Made by a program: the position numbers and the translations under genes. A model generated the notes under the pieces. It was not told the origin of the DNA, made no database searches, and saw only the letters and a list, made by a program, of their open reading frames with translations. Shown piece after piece: positions 42,052-57,778 of a stretch of DNA of 64,000 bases (positions are counted from its first letter, which is position 1; every line of letters begins with the position of its first letter). Source of the DNA: Eledone cirrhosa (taxonomy: Eukaryota); contig OZ024742.1 in NCBI GenBank assembly GCA_964016885.1, forward strand, positions 95,418,001 through 95,482,000. The letters run 5' to 3'.

Positions 42052-44253
42052 ATCATCATCACCATCATCATCAACGTTTAACGTCCGTGTTCCACGCTTG
42101 CATGGGTTTGGACGGGGGTAGTCCCACTTGAGGCAAGAGTGATTGTCTTGCTCGCATAGGACTGTCTGGCAGGTTTTCTACAGTTGGATGCCCTTCCTAA
42201 CACCAACCACATTTACAGTGTGGGTCTGGGAGGTTTTTACCGTGTTGCCTACACGGCCACATTACAGCGTGGACTGTGTGTTTTTTGTCGTGACACCTAC
42301 ACGATCTCATTTGTTTCGGCCCGGATGGCGCGGCACCAACATAACTTTACATAGGACGGGGTGGTGTGGATGGGGTGGGGGTGGTGGGGGTGGGACGGGG
42401 TGTATTTTGTTAGAGATGCCTACTGGCAAGGCGGGTCTTCTCTGTTACTGAGTACCGCCAAAGGTCTCGGTCCAGTGACATTGTCTTGGAGAGGTGTAAG
42501 TGTGTGAGGTCGGAGTTTATCAGCTCGTCCCAGGTTTTTCTAGGTCTGCCTATTCCGTGGCTACCGTCTATCTTTATTGCCCTGCACTTTGTTATACAGC
42601 TATCGACTTTCATGCGCATCACGTGTCCATACCAACGTAGCCTTCTCTCGAGTAAACAACATCTGATCCCTCTTATCTCTAATTTTTTCCTTAGTTCGTT
42701 TATGCTTTGCCGTTCACGTATATTACTGTTACACATCCAGCGGAGCATGCAAGCTTCGTTCCTCTCTAGTCTGCGTATATCCTCTGCACACAATGCCCAG
42801 GTCTCACTGCCATGCAACATTGCTGTTCGTATGCAGGCATCGTACAACCTGCCTTTCATTTTTAGGGAGAACCCTTTAGCAGCTAATAGTGGTATAAGCT
42901 CTCTGAACTTTTTCCAACCAGTTCTGACTCTAGCTACAGTACTTTCAGAGCACCCTCCCCCACTGCTGATTTTATCGCCCAGGTAACGGAAGCTGTCCAC
43001 TATTTCTATAGAACCCTCTGCGCAATTGAAAGAGCTAGTATTGTGTGGGCACTTGCTGCTACTTATTGCACCAGAACACCGGCCACATGTAAAATCTATG
43101 TTCTTAGTTAGCTTACCTGTGATCCCACTACATCTTTTATGCACCCATACTTTGCATTTAGGACACAAAATGGAGTTTCTACCTACGCCTTTCCTACACA
43201 CCGAGCACGACCATTTCCCAGAAGGGACCGCCGCCTTGTTTTCTTTCCTACAAACTAGAACTTTGGTCTTAGCCAGGTTAATTTTAAGTCCTTTTGACTC
43301 TAGGCCGTGCTTCCATGTTTGGAATTTCTTCTCTAGCTCGGCCATTGATTCCGCTATGAGTGTCAGGTCGTCTGCGTATAGGAGTTCCCATGGGCAGCCT
43401 GTCTTGAACTCCTCTGTTATAGCCTGAAGGGCAATAATAAATAGTAGGGGGCTGAGAACAGAGCCCTGATGGACGCCAACTTTTACGCTAAACTCTTCAC
43501 TATATTCGTTGTTAATTCTAACCTTGCTGACTGTTTCTTTATACATGGCTTGTATAGCCCTCACAAGCCATTCGTCAACGCCTAGTTTTCTAAGAGCCCA
43601 CCAGATAATGGAGCGGGGGACTCTGTCGAAGGCTTTCTCCAAGTCGACAAAAGCTAAGTAGAGGGGTTTACCTTTAGCTAGGTACTTCTCCTGTAGTTGT
43701 CGTACTATGAAAAGAGCGTCTGTGGTACTTTTGCCTGACACAAACCCGAACTGCATTTCATCTAGGTCAATTCTCTCTCTGATTAGTTGCGCTATTACTT
43801 TTTCTGTGACCTTCATGACCTGGTCGATTAATTTAATGCCTCTATAGTTACTCCTATCTAGGGCGTCTCCTTTACCCTTATAACAGTTAACGATGATGCT
43901 GCTATGCCAGTCCTTCGGAACAACCCCATTCTGTACGACTTGGTTAACTATGCGGGTGACCATGGTGTGTCCCACCGTGCCAGATGCCTTCAGCATCTCA
44001 GCAACTATTTCCGAAGGCCCAGCCGCCTTACCTGTCTTCATATCCTTGATTGCCTTACTTATTATACTCCCCTCGACTAACACTGCTGGTCCCTCTATTG
44101 GGTCGACATGGGGGAGACTGTCTTTCTCCCATTTATTCTCCTCATTTAGTAGCCTTTCATAGTGACACTTCCAAGCTGCCTTCTTATCAGTGTCGGTGAT
44201 GGCAAGTATGCCATCATCGTTAAGTACACACTTCTCCCCGACAATATCACGGT
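42052..44253 (-). mobile_element. 5'-truncated RTE LINE with uninterrupted RT
   Basis: Frame open from the truncation point to 42410: NYRGIKL, QFGF, AFVDLEKAFD, GVHQGSVLSP, LYADD, Cys/His finger, GRPRKTW; (GAT)n tail. Confidence 0.95.
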
Positions 44254-44287
44254 TATATATATATATATATACATATGTATATATTTA

Positions 44288-44333
<46 letters not shown>

Positions 44334-44415
44334 CACACATATTTATATATACATATGTATTTATATGTATATATATATATATATATATCCAAATATATAT
44401 ATATATATATGTGTA

Positions 44416-44460
<45 letters not shown>

Positions 44461-44486
44461 GTGTATATATATACATATGTATTTAT

Positions 44487-44567
<81 letters not shown>

Positions 44568-44628
44568 TATACATATGTATATGTATATATATATATATAT
44601 ATATAAATACATATGTATATATATACAC

Positions 44629-44713
<85 letters not shown>

Positions 44714-44884
44714 ACAAAGGAACCAGGTGGGCCATAACGCACCAAAGTACGCAATACTTAGGGTAGTAGAGTGGCTAATAGGAACGAGTAGGACGCCAAC
44801 TGCTGAGCTCAAGCCGTTTCGACGGCTAATTCAGAATTAGACGTCGAAACGGCTTGAGCTCAGCCGTCGAGGTCCTACTCGTTC

Positions 44885-44947
<63 letters not shown>

Positions 44948-45031
44948 CATATATACATATATATATGTATATAGAGGAACGAGTAGGACCTCGACGGCTG
45001 AGCTCGATATTTATATATAGGTAGATAGGTA

Positions 45032-45076
45032 AATATTGCTGATGAGTTGTAACAACAACGAAACTAGTTCAATATT
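45032..45076 (+). ncRNA. Minimal type I HHR with canonical core and perfect stems, in a ~350-bp unit (45019-45366)
   Basis: aatattg-CTGATGA-gttgt aaca acaac-GAAA-c ta g-TT-caatatt. Confidence 0.88.
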
Positions 45077-45366
45077 CCTTGTCTGGCTTTCTGGATAATA
45101 GGGGGAAGGTGTTCCCCCGAAAAACCAGTATGACTCTAAAAACCGGTTTGTCTGTGTGTTTACATACAGAATAGCTGGGCCGCTCACTGTAAAGCGACCA
45201 GTGAAAGACTTGGTACACCTACATATGTATACGTCTGTGTATTCATATACACACTAGTATTTCAGTATGCATATGTAGATGTACATTTTTAACTTAATTG
45301 TTTAAGTGTCAGTCATACAAAAGTGAGTTACAAACGAAACGAAATTTAATTTCGTTTCGTTATTTG

Positions 45367-45671
45367 TTGTGAGTTCAATTCTCAGACCGGGTGATGTGTT
45401 GTTTCCTTGAGCAAGACACTTTATTTCACATTGCTCCAGTTTACTCAGCTGTAGAAATGAGATGATAGGACTGGGGTCCATATCATTCCACTGCAAAGTG
45501 GTCGTGCAGGTGCCACGGCAAAAAAAAGCACCCAGCACTCACTGTAAATGAGGTTGGTGTTAGGAAGGGCATCCAGCTGTAGAAATCAAGCCAGAATCAG
45601 TTCCCGTCCCACCCTTGCAAGCAGGGAAAAAGCGGACGTAAAATGAAATGATGAATGATGATGATGATGAT
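45367..45671 (+). mobile_element. 5'-clipped tRNA-derived SINE with RTE tail and (GAT)n
   Basis: Near-identical to 5237-5457 and to the reverse complement of 52522-52888. Confidence 0.88.
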
Positions 45672-45722
45672 ACATATATATACACATATATACATATATA
45701 TATACATATACATATATGTATA

Positions 45723-45825
<103 letters not shown>

Positions 45826-45888
45826 TGTATATACATATATATATATATATACATATATATATGTATATATATACATATATATATATAT

Positions 45889-45995
<107 letters not shown>

Positions 45996-46025
45996 GAACG
46001 AGTAGGACCTCGACGGCTGAGCTCA

Positions 46026-47907
<1,882 letters not shown>

Positions 47908-48200
47908 GTATATATATGTATATGGATATATATGTAAATATATATTTATATATGTATATATATATATGTATGTATATGTATATATGTATATATATATGTA
48001 TATATGTATGTATATATGTATAACCCATGCTAGTATGGACAATGGACGTTAAACGAAGATGATGATGATGTATATATATATATATATGTATATATATATG
48101 TATATATATGCATATATATATGTATATATATATACATATATATGTATATTTATATATATATATATGTTTGTATATATATACATATATATATATACACACA

Positions 48201-48266
<66 letters not shown>

Positions 48267-48317
48267 TATATACACACACACATATATAAAAATATATATG
48301 CATATATATATACACAC

Positions 48318-48352
<35 letters not shown>

Positions 48353-50025
48353 TATATGTATTATATATATATGAAGAGCATGAGAGAGGGAGTGAGTGAG
48401 AGATATATATATAGAGAGAGCCAATAACTGACAGATAGAAACCTTTTTTCTTTTGTTGTTGAATCTTTCATGGGAAGGTGGAATATGAGATATTGTTAAT
48501 AATGTTGATATCAAGAGATTTGAGAGATCTGATAAAGATGTAATAATAAATGCGGGGAGAGATAGTATATTGTTTCTGATGCAAACAAACAAGAAGAAAA
48601 ATATATTTTAAAAACTTCACACACTCACACACTGATATACATATATATATATATATATACACACAGATACATACATACTTTATACATATATACAGGGTGT
48701 TCAGTCTTTATAGAACATAGATATAGTCATTACACCATTACAATATGAATGACATTATAAGGCTAGAGAAGAAGAGAAAAAATTGTTAGCGTGCAAAAGA
48801 TAGAGATAATGGGCTATAAGGATTGTGTTGGAGTCTGATAATGGTGCTGATATTTATGGAGAATTAATGTCTATGCAATATAGAGGACATTGATATTATA
48901 TGTGTATCTAAAGTATCTAAAGCGCTATATTGCCTGCAGTATATAAAAGACTATTATTAGCCACACCAAATTGTATAATGCCGTTGCTTGCATTCAAAGT
49001 CAAACCTAATTGTCGATTCATTTGAGTGGAGGGGGATACCTACACAAAATTTATTTCCCTACATTGCAAGGTGAACCATTTATTGCTTAGGAGGTCTGAG
49101 ACTGGCATGCTCATGTGCTCATAGTCATATCAGGGTTCTTAACCCTTTGGGTATAAAACATATCAATGCTTCTCTATCATGAAAGTAGGTACTTCTCCTA
49201 CTCTGATAGTGCCCATATATTTATGAGATAAACAGAATGTTTGATGTTTGATGTTTACACTGATTTTTTATTATTAATACTTTTGCATTACCACAATCTA
49301 GGAATTTGGATTCCCTTACATCAAATTGGTAGCTAATATTGTCAGTTAATTCTTATCCAGGCTTTCTGTTTAACAGTATTTAAGTCATACACACTAATAG
49401 CAAAGAGTTATATTTCAATGCCAGAATGGACAAGGCTATTGTATGTAAATGGTAGGAAGCGCCTTGACCATTTTGAAGTGATCCAGCTTACTTTGTTTCT
49501 TTAACAATTTGGTTTCAAAGTTAGTAGTGGTCACTAGAAGAACTGGTCAGTTAAGGACATTCAACTTCTATCTGACAAATGGTAACAGCACAAATTAACT
49601 AATGAAAAGTTGTCATGTTCTTGGTTCACTCATACCGTCTCTCTGAAGTGTAAAATCTTATTTGTCCCCGATTGAAGACTACCAGATTAGCCAACAGTTT
49701 CATTGAAGATGCCCACATCATGATGAGCAACAGTTGCTGAGCATCCAACTTCAGAATATTCTCATTTGAAATATCTATTTCAGTTTACATAATTGTATAA
49801 TTCTTGATCATGAGAATATTGTATATTTACCCACCAAAACAGATATTGCAATGATATGATCAAATAGTTAATAATAATTTGGAATAATATATAATATCAA
49901 GAATTAAAAGTTCCTTTTTAATAAAATGTCCTAAAATTAGGTAACTTTGATTTTTGCAGCTTTATCAATACTGTCAATAGTTACGTTATGTTAATTAAAG
50001 ATTTTCATTTTTAAGACATCTGGGG

Positions 50026-51895
50026 CATCTGGGTCTGTAGGTCACACTATAACCACACGTATCGTTAACCAGGTAATACTAGAGGGGGCCATACCAAAAG
50101 ATTGGTGCAGTAGCATCATTGTCAACTGCTACAAAGGTAAAGGCGATGCACTAGATAGAGGAAACTATAGAGGTATGAAGTTGATGGACCAGGTCATGAA
50201 AGTAACAGAAAGAGTTATAGCACAGCTGATTAAGGACCGGGTGAATATAGACGAGATGCAATTTGGGTTTGTTCCAGGGAAAGGCACCACTGATGCGCTC
50301 TTCCTTGTGAGGCAATTACAGGAAAAGTACCTAGCTAAAAGTAAGCCACTCTACTTGGCATTTGTCGACCTTGAGAAAGCCTTTGACAGAGTTCCACGTG
50401 CAGTAATCTGGTGGGCTCTTAGAAAACTAGGAGTAGATGAATGGCTTGTGAAAGCGGTACAAGCCATGTATAGGGGAGCAGTCAGCAAAGTTAGGATTGG
50501 CAATGAGTATAGCGAGGAATTTAGCGTACAGGTTGGGGTCCACCAGGGCTCTGTTCTTAGCCCTCTCCTGTTCATCATAGTCCTGCAGGCAATAACGGAG
50601 GAGTTTAAGACCGGATGCCCATGGGAACTCCTGTATGCTGATGACCTCGCACTCATAGCTGAATCTATGGTAGAACTAGAGAATAAATTCCAAACCTGGA
50701 AGCAGGGACTAGAGAGAAAGGGCCTCAAAGTCAACATGACAAAGACTAAGGTCCTTATAAGTAGACGAGAAAACAGAACCCAGATCCCCTCAGGGAAATG
50801 GCCTTGCTCAGTATGTAGGAAAGGTGTAGGTAGGAACTCCATTCTTTGCCCCAAATGCAAACAATGGGTACACAAGAGATGTAGCGGGATCTCAGGAAGC
50901 TTAATTAAGAATGTAGGATTCACATGCAGCAGCTGTGCTGAAACAGCAAGCAAACAGCCACAGGAAACAAGTACCACCAATCTCTGGGAGGGCCCTGTAG
51001 AAACAGTAGACAGCTTCTGCTACCTAGGTGACCGAATTAGCAACGGAGGTGGGTGCTCAGAAAGTACAATAACTAGGGTAAGAACGGGATGGAAGAAGTT
51101 TAGGGAACTACTACCACTGCTAGCTGCAAAAGGCTTCTCCCTCAGAATGAAAGGCAGACTGTATGATGCGTGTATCCGAACAGCGATGTTGCATGGTAGT
51201 GAGACCTGGGCGCTGAAGGTGGAAGACTTACGTAGATTAGAGAGAAACGAAGCCTGCATGCTCCGATGGATGTGTAACAGTAATATACGTGAACGACAAA
51301 GCATAAATGAATTGAGAGAGAGACTGAGCATAAGAGGAATCAAATGCTGCGTGCAGGAGAGGCGGTTACGCTGGTATGGACATGTGATGCGTATGAAGGA
51401 TGACAGCTGCATAAAAAGGTGCAGAGCACTAGAAGTTGATGGAAACCGCGGAGTGGGGAGACCCAAGATGACTTGGGATGAGGTGATAAAAGCCGACCTT
51501 ACCCAACTACACCTCTCAAAGTCAATGACACACGACCGTGACTTCTGGCGTCACGCAGTAATACAGGGTACCCGACCTCCCATGGGTACATGCTGAAGCA
51601 TATAAACAATATGCCCCCCCCCCCCACCGCAAGGTGGTCGTGGAGGTGCCACGGCAAAAAAGCACCCAGCCCACACTGTAAAGTGGACGTGTAGGCGCCA
51701 CGAAAAAGCACCCAGCACTCACTGTAAATGAGGTTGGTGTTAGGAAGGGCATCCAGCTGTAGAAATCAAGCCAGATCAGTTCCTGTATGAGCAAGGCATG
51801 GTCAGCCGACCAGACACTGCCCACAACAGGACAACCCGTCTAACCCATGCTAGCGTGGAAGAACGGACGTAAAACGGTGATGATGATGATGATGA
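50026..51895 (+). mobile_element. 5'-truncated RTE LINE (related subfamily) with uninterrupted RT
   Basis: Frame open from about 50026 to 51596 with the same motifs as 42410-44083; 3' UTR and (GAT)n tail. Confidence 0.95.
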
Positions 51896-52221
51896 AGACA
51901 CCATATATAATGTGAAAATGTGCATACACACTGTGTATGTGTATCTGTATCTCCCACATATATATATATACTCACATTCCTACATATGCATACACACAAA
52001 CACCACTTTTTCTTCTTCTTCTTCTTCTTCTTCTTCTTCTTCTTCTTCTTCTTGTGAAGTTTGTGGATGCACAAGCACAATTTATCTGTATATATACATA
52101 CATATATATTGTAATGTCACTGGTGTATTCTCAGCAAAATGTTTGTGATTAAATGTGATGGACCTTTATATATATACAGAGAGAAAGAAAGGGAGAGAGA
52201 ATTAAATATATATACTACATA

Positions 52222-52490
52222 TCATCATCATCATCATTTTACATCCAGTTATCCCTGCTTGCAAGGGTGGGACGGGAACTGATTCTGGGTTGATCTACAG
52301 CTGGATGCCCTTCCTAACACTAACATCATTTACAGTGAGTGCTGGGTGCTTTTTTTCTGTGGCATCTCCACAACCACTTTTGCAGTGGAATGATATGGAC
52401 CCCAGTCCCTATCATCTCATTTCTACAGCTGAGTAAACTGGAGCAATGTGAAATAAAGTGGCTTGCTCAAGGAAACAACATGTGTAGATA

Positions 52491-52524
<34 letters not shown>

Positions 52525-52888
52525 ATCATCATCATCATTTTACATCTGCTTTTCCCTGCTTGCAATGGTGGGATGGGAACTGATTCTGGCTTGATTTCTA
52601 CAGCTGGATGCCCTTCCTAACACCAACCTCATTTACAGTGAGTGCTGGGTGCTTTTTTCCATGGCGCCTACACGTCCAATTGTCAGTGTGGGCTGGGTGC
52701 TTTTTTGCAGTGGCACCTCCACGACCACTTTGCAGTCCTATCATCTCATTTCTACAGCTGAGTAAACTGGAGCAATGTGAAATAAAGTCTCTTGCTCAAG
52801 GAAACAACATATCACATGGTCTGAGAATTGAACTCACAACCTCTCGAATGCAAGGCCAATGCTCTAACAACTAAGCCATGTGCCTCCA
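52222..52888 (-). mobile_element. Two adjacent SINE copies (partial 52222-52481; full-length 52522-52888)
   Basis: The full copy begins ggaggcacatggcttagttgttagagc (A box), then gagttcaattc (B box), CORE-like middle, RTE tail and (GAT)n. Confidence 0.88.
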
Positions 52889-52986
52889 TATATATATATA
52901 TCTCTTTAAAGTAAGTTCATGATTATATTAAGAAGTTGGGAAAAAACACTGCAAAATTATATAGAATTTGTTTTCTTAACTTAATA

Positions 52987-54080
52987 CTAGCCGACGTACC
53001 CAGCTTCGCCCGGGTAAACAGATAAGAGAGGACAAGTAAAAGAGAAAATGACTGTATTGGATGTTTGTCTGGTTACAGTATGAGGCGAGTCTGTGGTGTA
53101 TGTGTAATACAAAAAATACAGTAAAAAAAATCTTACAGATATACCAGATTGTTCGTTGTACGTTTGTGTATAGTATATGAACAATTCTATGTGCTCTCAC
53201 CTAGAATAGTGACCTCTAGGAGATGGTTCATCTTCTGCCTGACTGTAAAACGTGTTTCATTGCATAGACGTGGTTGCTCCACATTTCTCAAAAAGATGAT
53301 GGAAGTTCTAATATTTTATATTATATGTAGATATAGATATAGATAATTAATATAAAAGATGATATTCAGCCAGTTCGTATTCAACCATCGCAACACGCCG
53401 TCGCTGCTTGGCTCAAGTGTTTCGTTTGCGTTGTTCAGCCAGCTCCTCTTCATTCATGGCGGCATGTCTTCGCCTCTGAATTTCGGCGTTGCGATGGCGC
53501 TGTTCGGTCCGTTTTTCTTCATTCCTGGATGCACGTCGTCGCCGCTGTAGTTCACTGATTGATAAAGTCGAATTACTTTTATTTCGAGCAATTGTCAAAA
53601 AATGACGCAATAATAAATATAAAAGATGTCCCTCAATGTAAAAAAAGGTCCCTATTTACTCCCTTCACAATTCTGTGTATGTTAGACTAACAGACAGGCA
53701 CACAGACAGATAAACTGCGTGGCGATTGTGGAACGCCCCACGTACACACACATAGACGCATGGAAACGCGCACACACACGCACCCGTGCACTTACACACT
53801 CACACATGTTGATAGTTTTTACTTTCTGTGAAACGTTGCACGCACGCACACATAAACATACGCGTACGTACTTACACACGTATACATGGTAATAGTTACA
53901 GCGTTACAGCGTTCACTTTGCCTCTCTGTTTCTTACTCTCCCCTCTCACTGCCTCATTGGCATTATGCATATTAATTTAAGTTTGGAGTCGTTGAGGTGG
54001 GCGGAGTCGTTTCAAACCTATGAACCAATGATAATAGAGAATTATGACACACGGAATACTGACGTTGTTCAAATTAATAT
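52987..54080 (-). mobile_element. Non-autonomous Helitron
   Basis: The minus-strand 3' end is a tacccgg gcgaag ctgggta hairpin, then CTAG followed by T; internal R/E-rich remnant (RRRRASRNEEKRTEQR...) resembles a Rep-Hel N-terminus; the 5' end merges with (TA)n. Confidence 0.7.
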
Positions 54081-54100
54081 ATATATATATATATATATAT

Positions 54101-55320
54101 AAAGTGTTAAAACGATCAAATTTTAGTTTAGCACATTTATTAGCTGACAATTGTTTCTTCCAGAGGAAGTCTGGATTTATCGGAGCATAAAGAATGTTGA
54201 AAACGTGTAACTAGAATCCTAGTCATTTAGAACATTTAGGGTACATAGTTGTTATTAGTGTCAAAGGCATCATGTGGAGATTCAGGAGTTACAAAGATGT
54301 TCCCCTTGAAATAACACAATTACAGGCAGCACTGGTTGGAAGTGTAATAGGTATAAGTAAAAGTAAAAAGCACAAACAAAAAAAATCACAAGCAAAGAAA
54401 AAAAACACAAGCAAAAAGACATAGGGAAAGAAGTTATAAGCAAGGACAATAGGTGTACAATGCAGAAGTCAATACAGTCAATGAGGCATGTATGAGGAAA
54501 CAGTTATACTGCAGTTGAAATAAACATATTTTGTGTGGGGTGTTAACGCATGTTATATTTGTTATAAACATTTAAGATAGTGTGCAATTTGTTAGAGAAG
54601 CGTGTAGTGATAATATAGGTATTTTTTATGTAAGGTGTAATGTAAAGCACTAGATAGAGTTTGTTATGTGACTTTCATTTAAGTGTTTTTGTGTTGTAGT
54701 TCGTATTTATGTGCATGTGTTCTTTGTAACAGCTATTAACCATGGGATTATTTTGAGTCGTTTATAGTCAATAGGTGTTTGTTTGTTAAATGTAAATTTC
54801 TCCGAATTACTGGCCATGTTGTATTGTAGGTATATTATCTTATGCATTTTTTATCTGTAAATTATCCTTTCTAAGGTTTGTATTAACCGTTATTAAGCTG
54901 TTGGTAAACCGTTAGGTTACTTAATTTTATAAGTTTACACAGGACGTTGTAAAGGGAGTTAATAACAAAGGGAAGTAATTAAATTTGTTGATGAATTAAG
55001 GGGTGTTAGAATATTGTGGTAGTGTTATAAATTATATAGAGAATATAAAATATAAGATATTGTGTGTGTGTGTGGGTTGGGGGGGGGGGGGGAAAGAACG
55101 TTTTTTAAATTTAGTTTATTATAACTAGATAGTTTTTACATAGTATATGCATGCATAATATAAGGCATATACATATGTGTGACAATGTATAAACATGTAT
55201 ACATACACACATATCTGCACCCACACTTATACACACAGACCCACATATACATATATATAATACACACAGATATATACACATACACACACACATATATATA
55301 TACACGTATATATATATACA

Positions 55321-55366
<46 letters not shown>

Positions 55367-57291
55367 CGCACATATATATACATATACGCACATATATATA
55401 CATGCAAACATACTGGTTGTGTAGAGATAGTTAAAGTTTTTTATAACGAGAGTGAGTTGCATAATATATACTGGAGTAATTCGAGTTATATACACAGTTG
55501 TCTGCTGTTTAGTTGGTGTTGTATATTGAGAATTTATTAGGGTGTCTATATCATTTAAATCTTTTCATTGTATAATGTAATAGATCAAACTGGTGTTTAT
55601 TGACTGTATGTTGGTCAGTGCGGTCCTTTAATTAAGGTGTGGTCCTATATTCATGAAGGTCTAGTTGGATAGATGAAAGTCTAGTTTGATAAATGAAGGT
55701 CTAGTTAGATCAATTAAAAGGTGGTGGTCTAGTGTTATCTCCGACATTGGTCTTTATTTTTATTTTTATCATTATTAGTTGCTAGGTTTGAAGTAGTGGA
55801 ACGAGAATCTATGGTAATGCGCACACGTGTAGAAGATCTCTGATTTCCTATTTAGTAGGCTAATGCTAGAGTGAATAATATTTTTAGACTCGAGGATACA
55901 AAGGTTACAAAATTTGTTAGGTGGTTTATATGAAGGGACCCTAGCTATCACTTCCCATTTTAAGGTGTATGGTATATTACTTGATTTTAATGGGTGTATG
56001 TATGTGGATATTGAGGTTACGTTGCTAAGTTTAGGGTTTCTTAACGAATGAAGGTGTGAATTATATCTGGTCTTAAAGCTATTCGATGTAGAGCCTATAT
56101 ATACTTTCGAGATGTGATTAGCGGTTACAGTACCGGAGTAGACAATGTCTTTAATTAGGCAGTTCTTATTTAATGGACATGTCTTGTTAGGCCTACAGTT
56201 GTTTTGTTTACTAGTATACTGGTTAAGGGCGTGTGCATTTGAGTGGTTGTTTCTGTTTCTACTTCTAGTGAGTGTTATTACTATTTGTATTATTAGTATG
56301 GCTTGTTGTATGGTCTTGTACAGTGTTGCTGTACAGGTTGTTTTTATGCTGGACATTATTACTTTGGTGTAGTTTGAAGTACTTTTCGATCTTTTGCTTG
56401 TTGGTGCTGGCTATATGGTCTGCTATGTTAGGTATGGTGGAGTAGGATATTTTAATTGTGTTTTTGTTAAATAGGTTGTGGTATTTATGGTTAGTTGGGA
56501 AGTTTTTGTCTAGAGTAGAGAAGACAGCTTTAGGTATGTTTGTTGATGCATTTAAGTTGAACGGAGGGTTAAAAAATGTGCTACTTCTTCATCTATTCTT
56601 CCTATGGTTGTTATTCATACTACTGTTTAGTGTAGTGTTAGGTTCCTTCATATCTATATTTTTCTTTCTGTGGTGTTTCTTATGGTTATTGCTGTGGTGT
56701 GATTTAACTTTTTTATGGGACTCTTTGTACAGGAGTCTGGATTTTCAATACTACGATCATATTTACCTTTATTCATGGCCATGTTATGTGAAATTATATT
56801 AGGTTGTCTAACGGTGGTTGACGATTTAGGCTTAAATTTAATTTTATCTCTATGAGCGGAACGGGCTAATGCTTCATTATAGTATTGGGAGTTACGATTA
56901 AATGTATTCTCGTTGTAAGAAAGGCTAGAGATTCTAATGGATACCCCTTTAATGATTGAGGTCAGTACAGATTTAGGGTGGTTAGAGTTGGTATTAACAT
57001 AGACAAGTTTTTCGTTAGGTTTATGGTAAGGTGTGTATTTTTTAGAGTCTAAGTAGAGAGTGACGCGCAGGAAGTTAACATTGTTGGTGTTTTTATCTAA
57101 AGTGATACTTAGGTTATAGTTTTTAAATATTTTATGTAATTGTTTTCTAGTTCTTTCTATATTGAACTTTTTATAGTCTAAGTAGAAGAGTGCGTCGTCT
57201 CGATAAAGACCCCCGCTGAGGCAAGGTAGGTTCTTGTGTATTTCATTTAAGAGAAATAGGCCGACTGAATCAATTACCTGTGCCGAGTCAC
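54101..57291 (-). mobile_element. 5'-truncated Penelope-like element, probably Hydra clade
   Basis: RT GLYRDD (57191-57210), PYHKPN...SNHP, FNPPF; linker NCR....CPL...CL; GIY-YIG IVY...VYIGST; KW and CNLC...R.SE...CAH extension; decayed HHR at 54143-54186; (TA)n at both ends. Confidence 0.88.
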
Positions 57292-57418
<127 letters not shown>

Positions 57419-57419
57419 A

Positions 57420-57760
57420 AGGTTTGTGTGAATGAATGATGAAATACAAATAAGTTGAAAGAAAAACTAGACATAAGGGGAATCAGATGCAAAATGTAAC
57501 AAAAAATTGTAAAGGCATGTGATGCATATGGAGGATGAGAATTGGGAGAAGATTTGCAGAGGTTTCAAATTTGAAGATAGTGTAGCTACAGAAGAAAAAG
57601 ACGTGCAGAAAAGACGCGCAGAAGTGTTGAAAGCTGATCTCAAAATACTAAATCTCACAGAGATTATAAATGAATGTAACAAGTTTAAGGAAGCTGTATG
57701 GGAGAAGATTCATTCAATCCAAGGAAACATGGAAAAGCAACCAAAATAATGATGATGATA
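57420..57760 (+). mobile_element. Old RTE 3' fragment
   Basis: LKEKLDIRGIRC...HVMHMED...EVLKADL aligns to the RTE C-terminus seen elsewhere in the window; (GAT)n end. Confidence 0.7.
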
Positions 57761-57778
57761 TATATTATATATATGCAC

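Noticed and set aside
49620-49780. Moderately GC-rich stretch with a short minus-strand open frame
   Set aside because: No clear acceptor and no recognisable motif.
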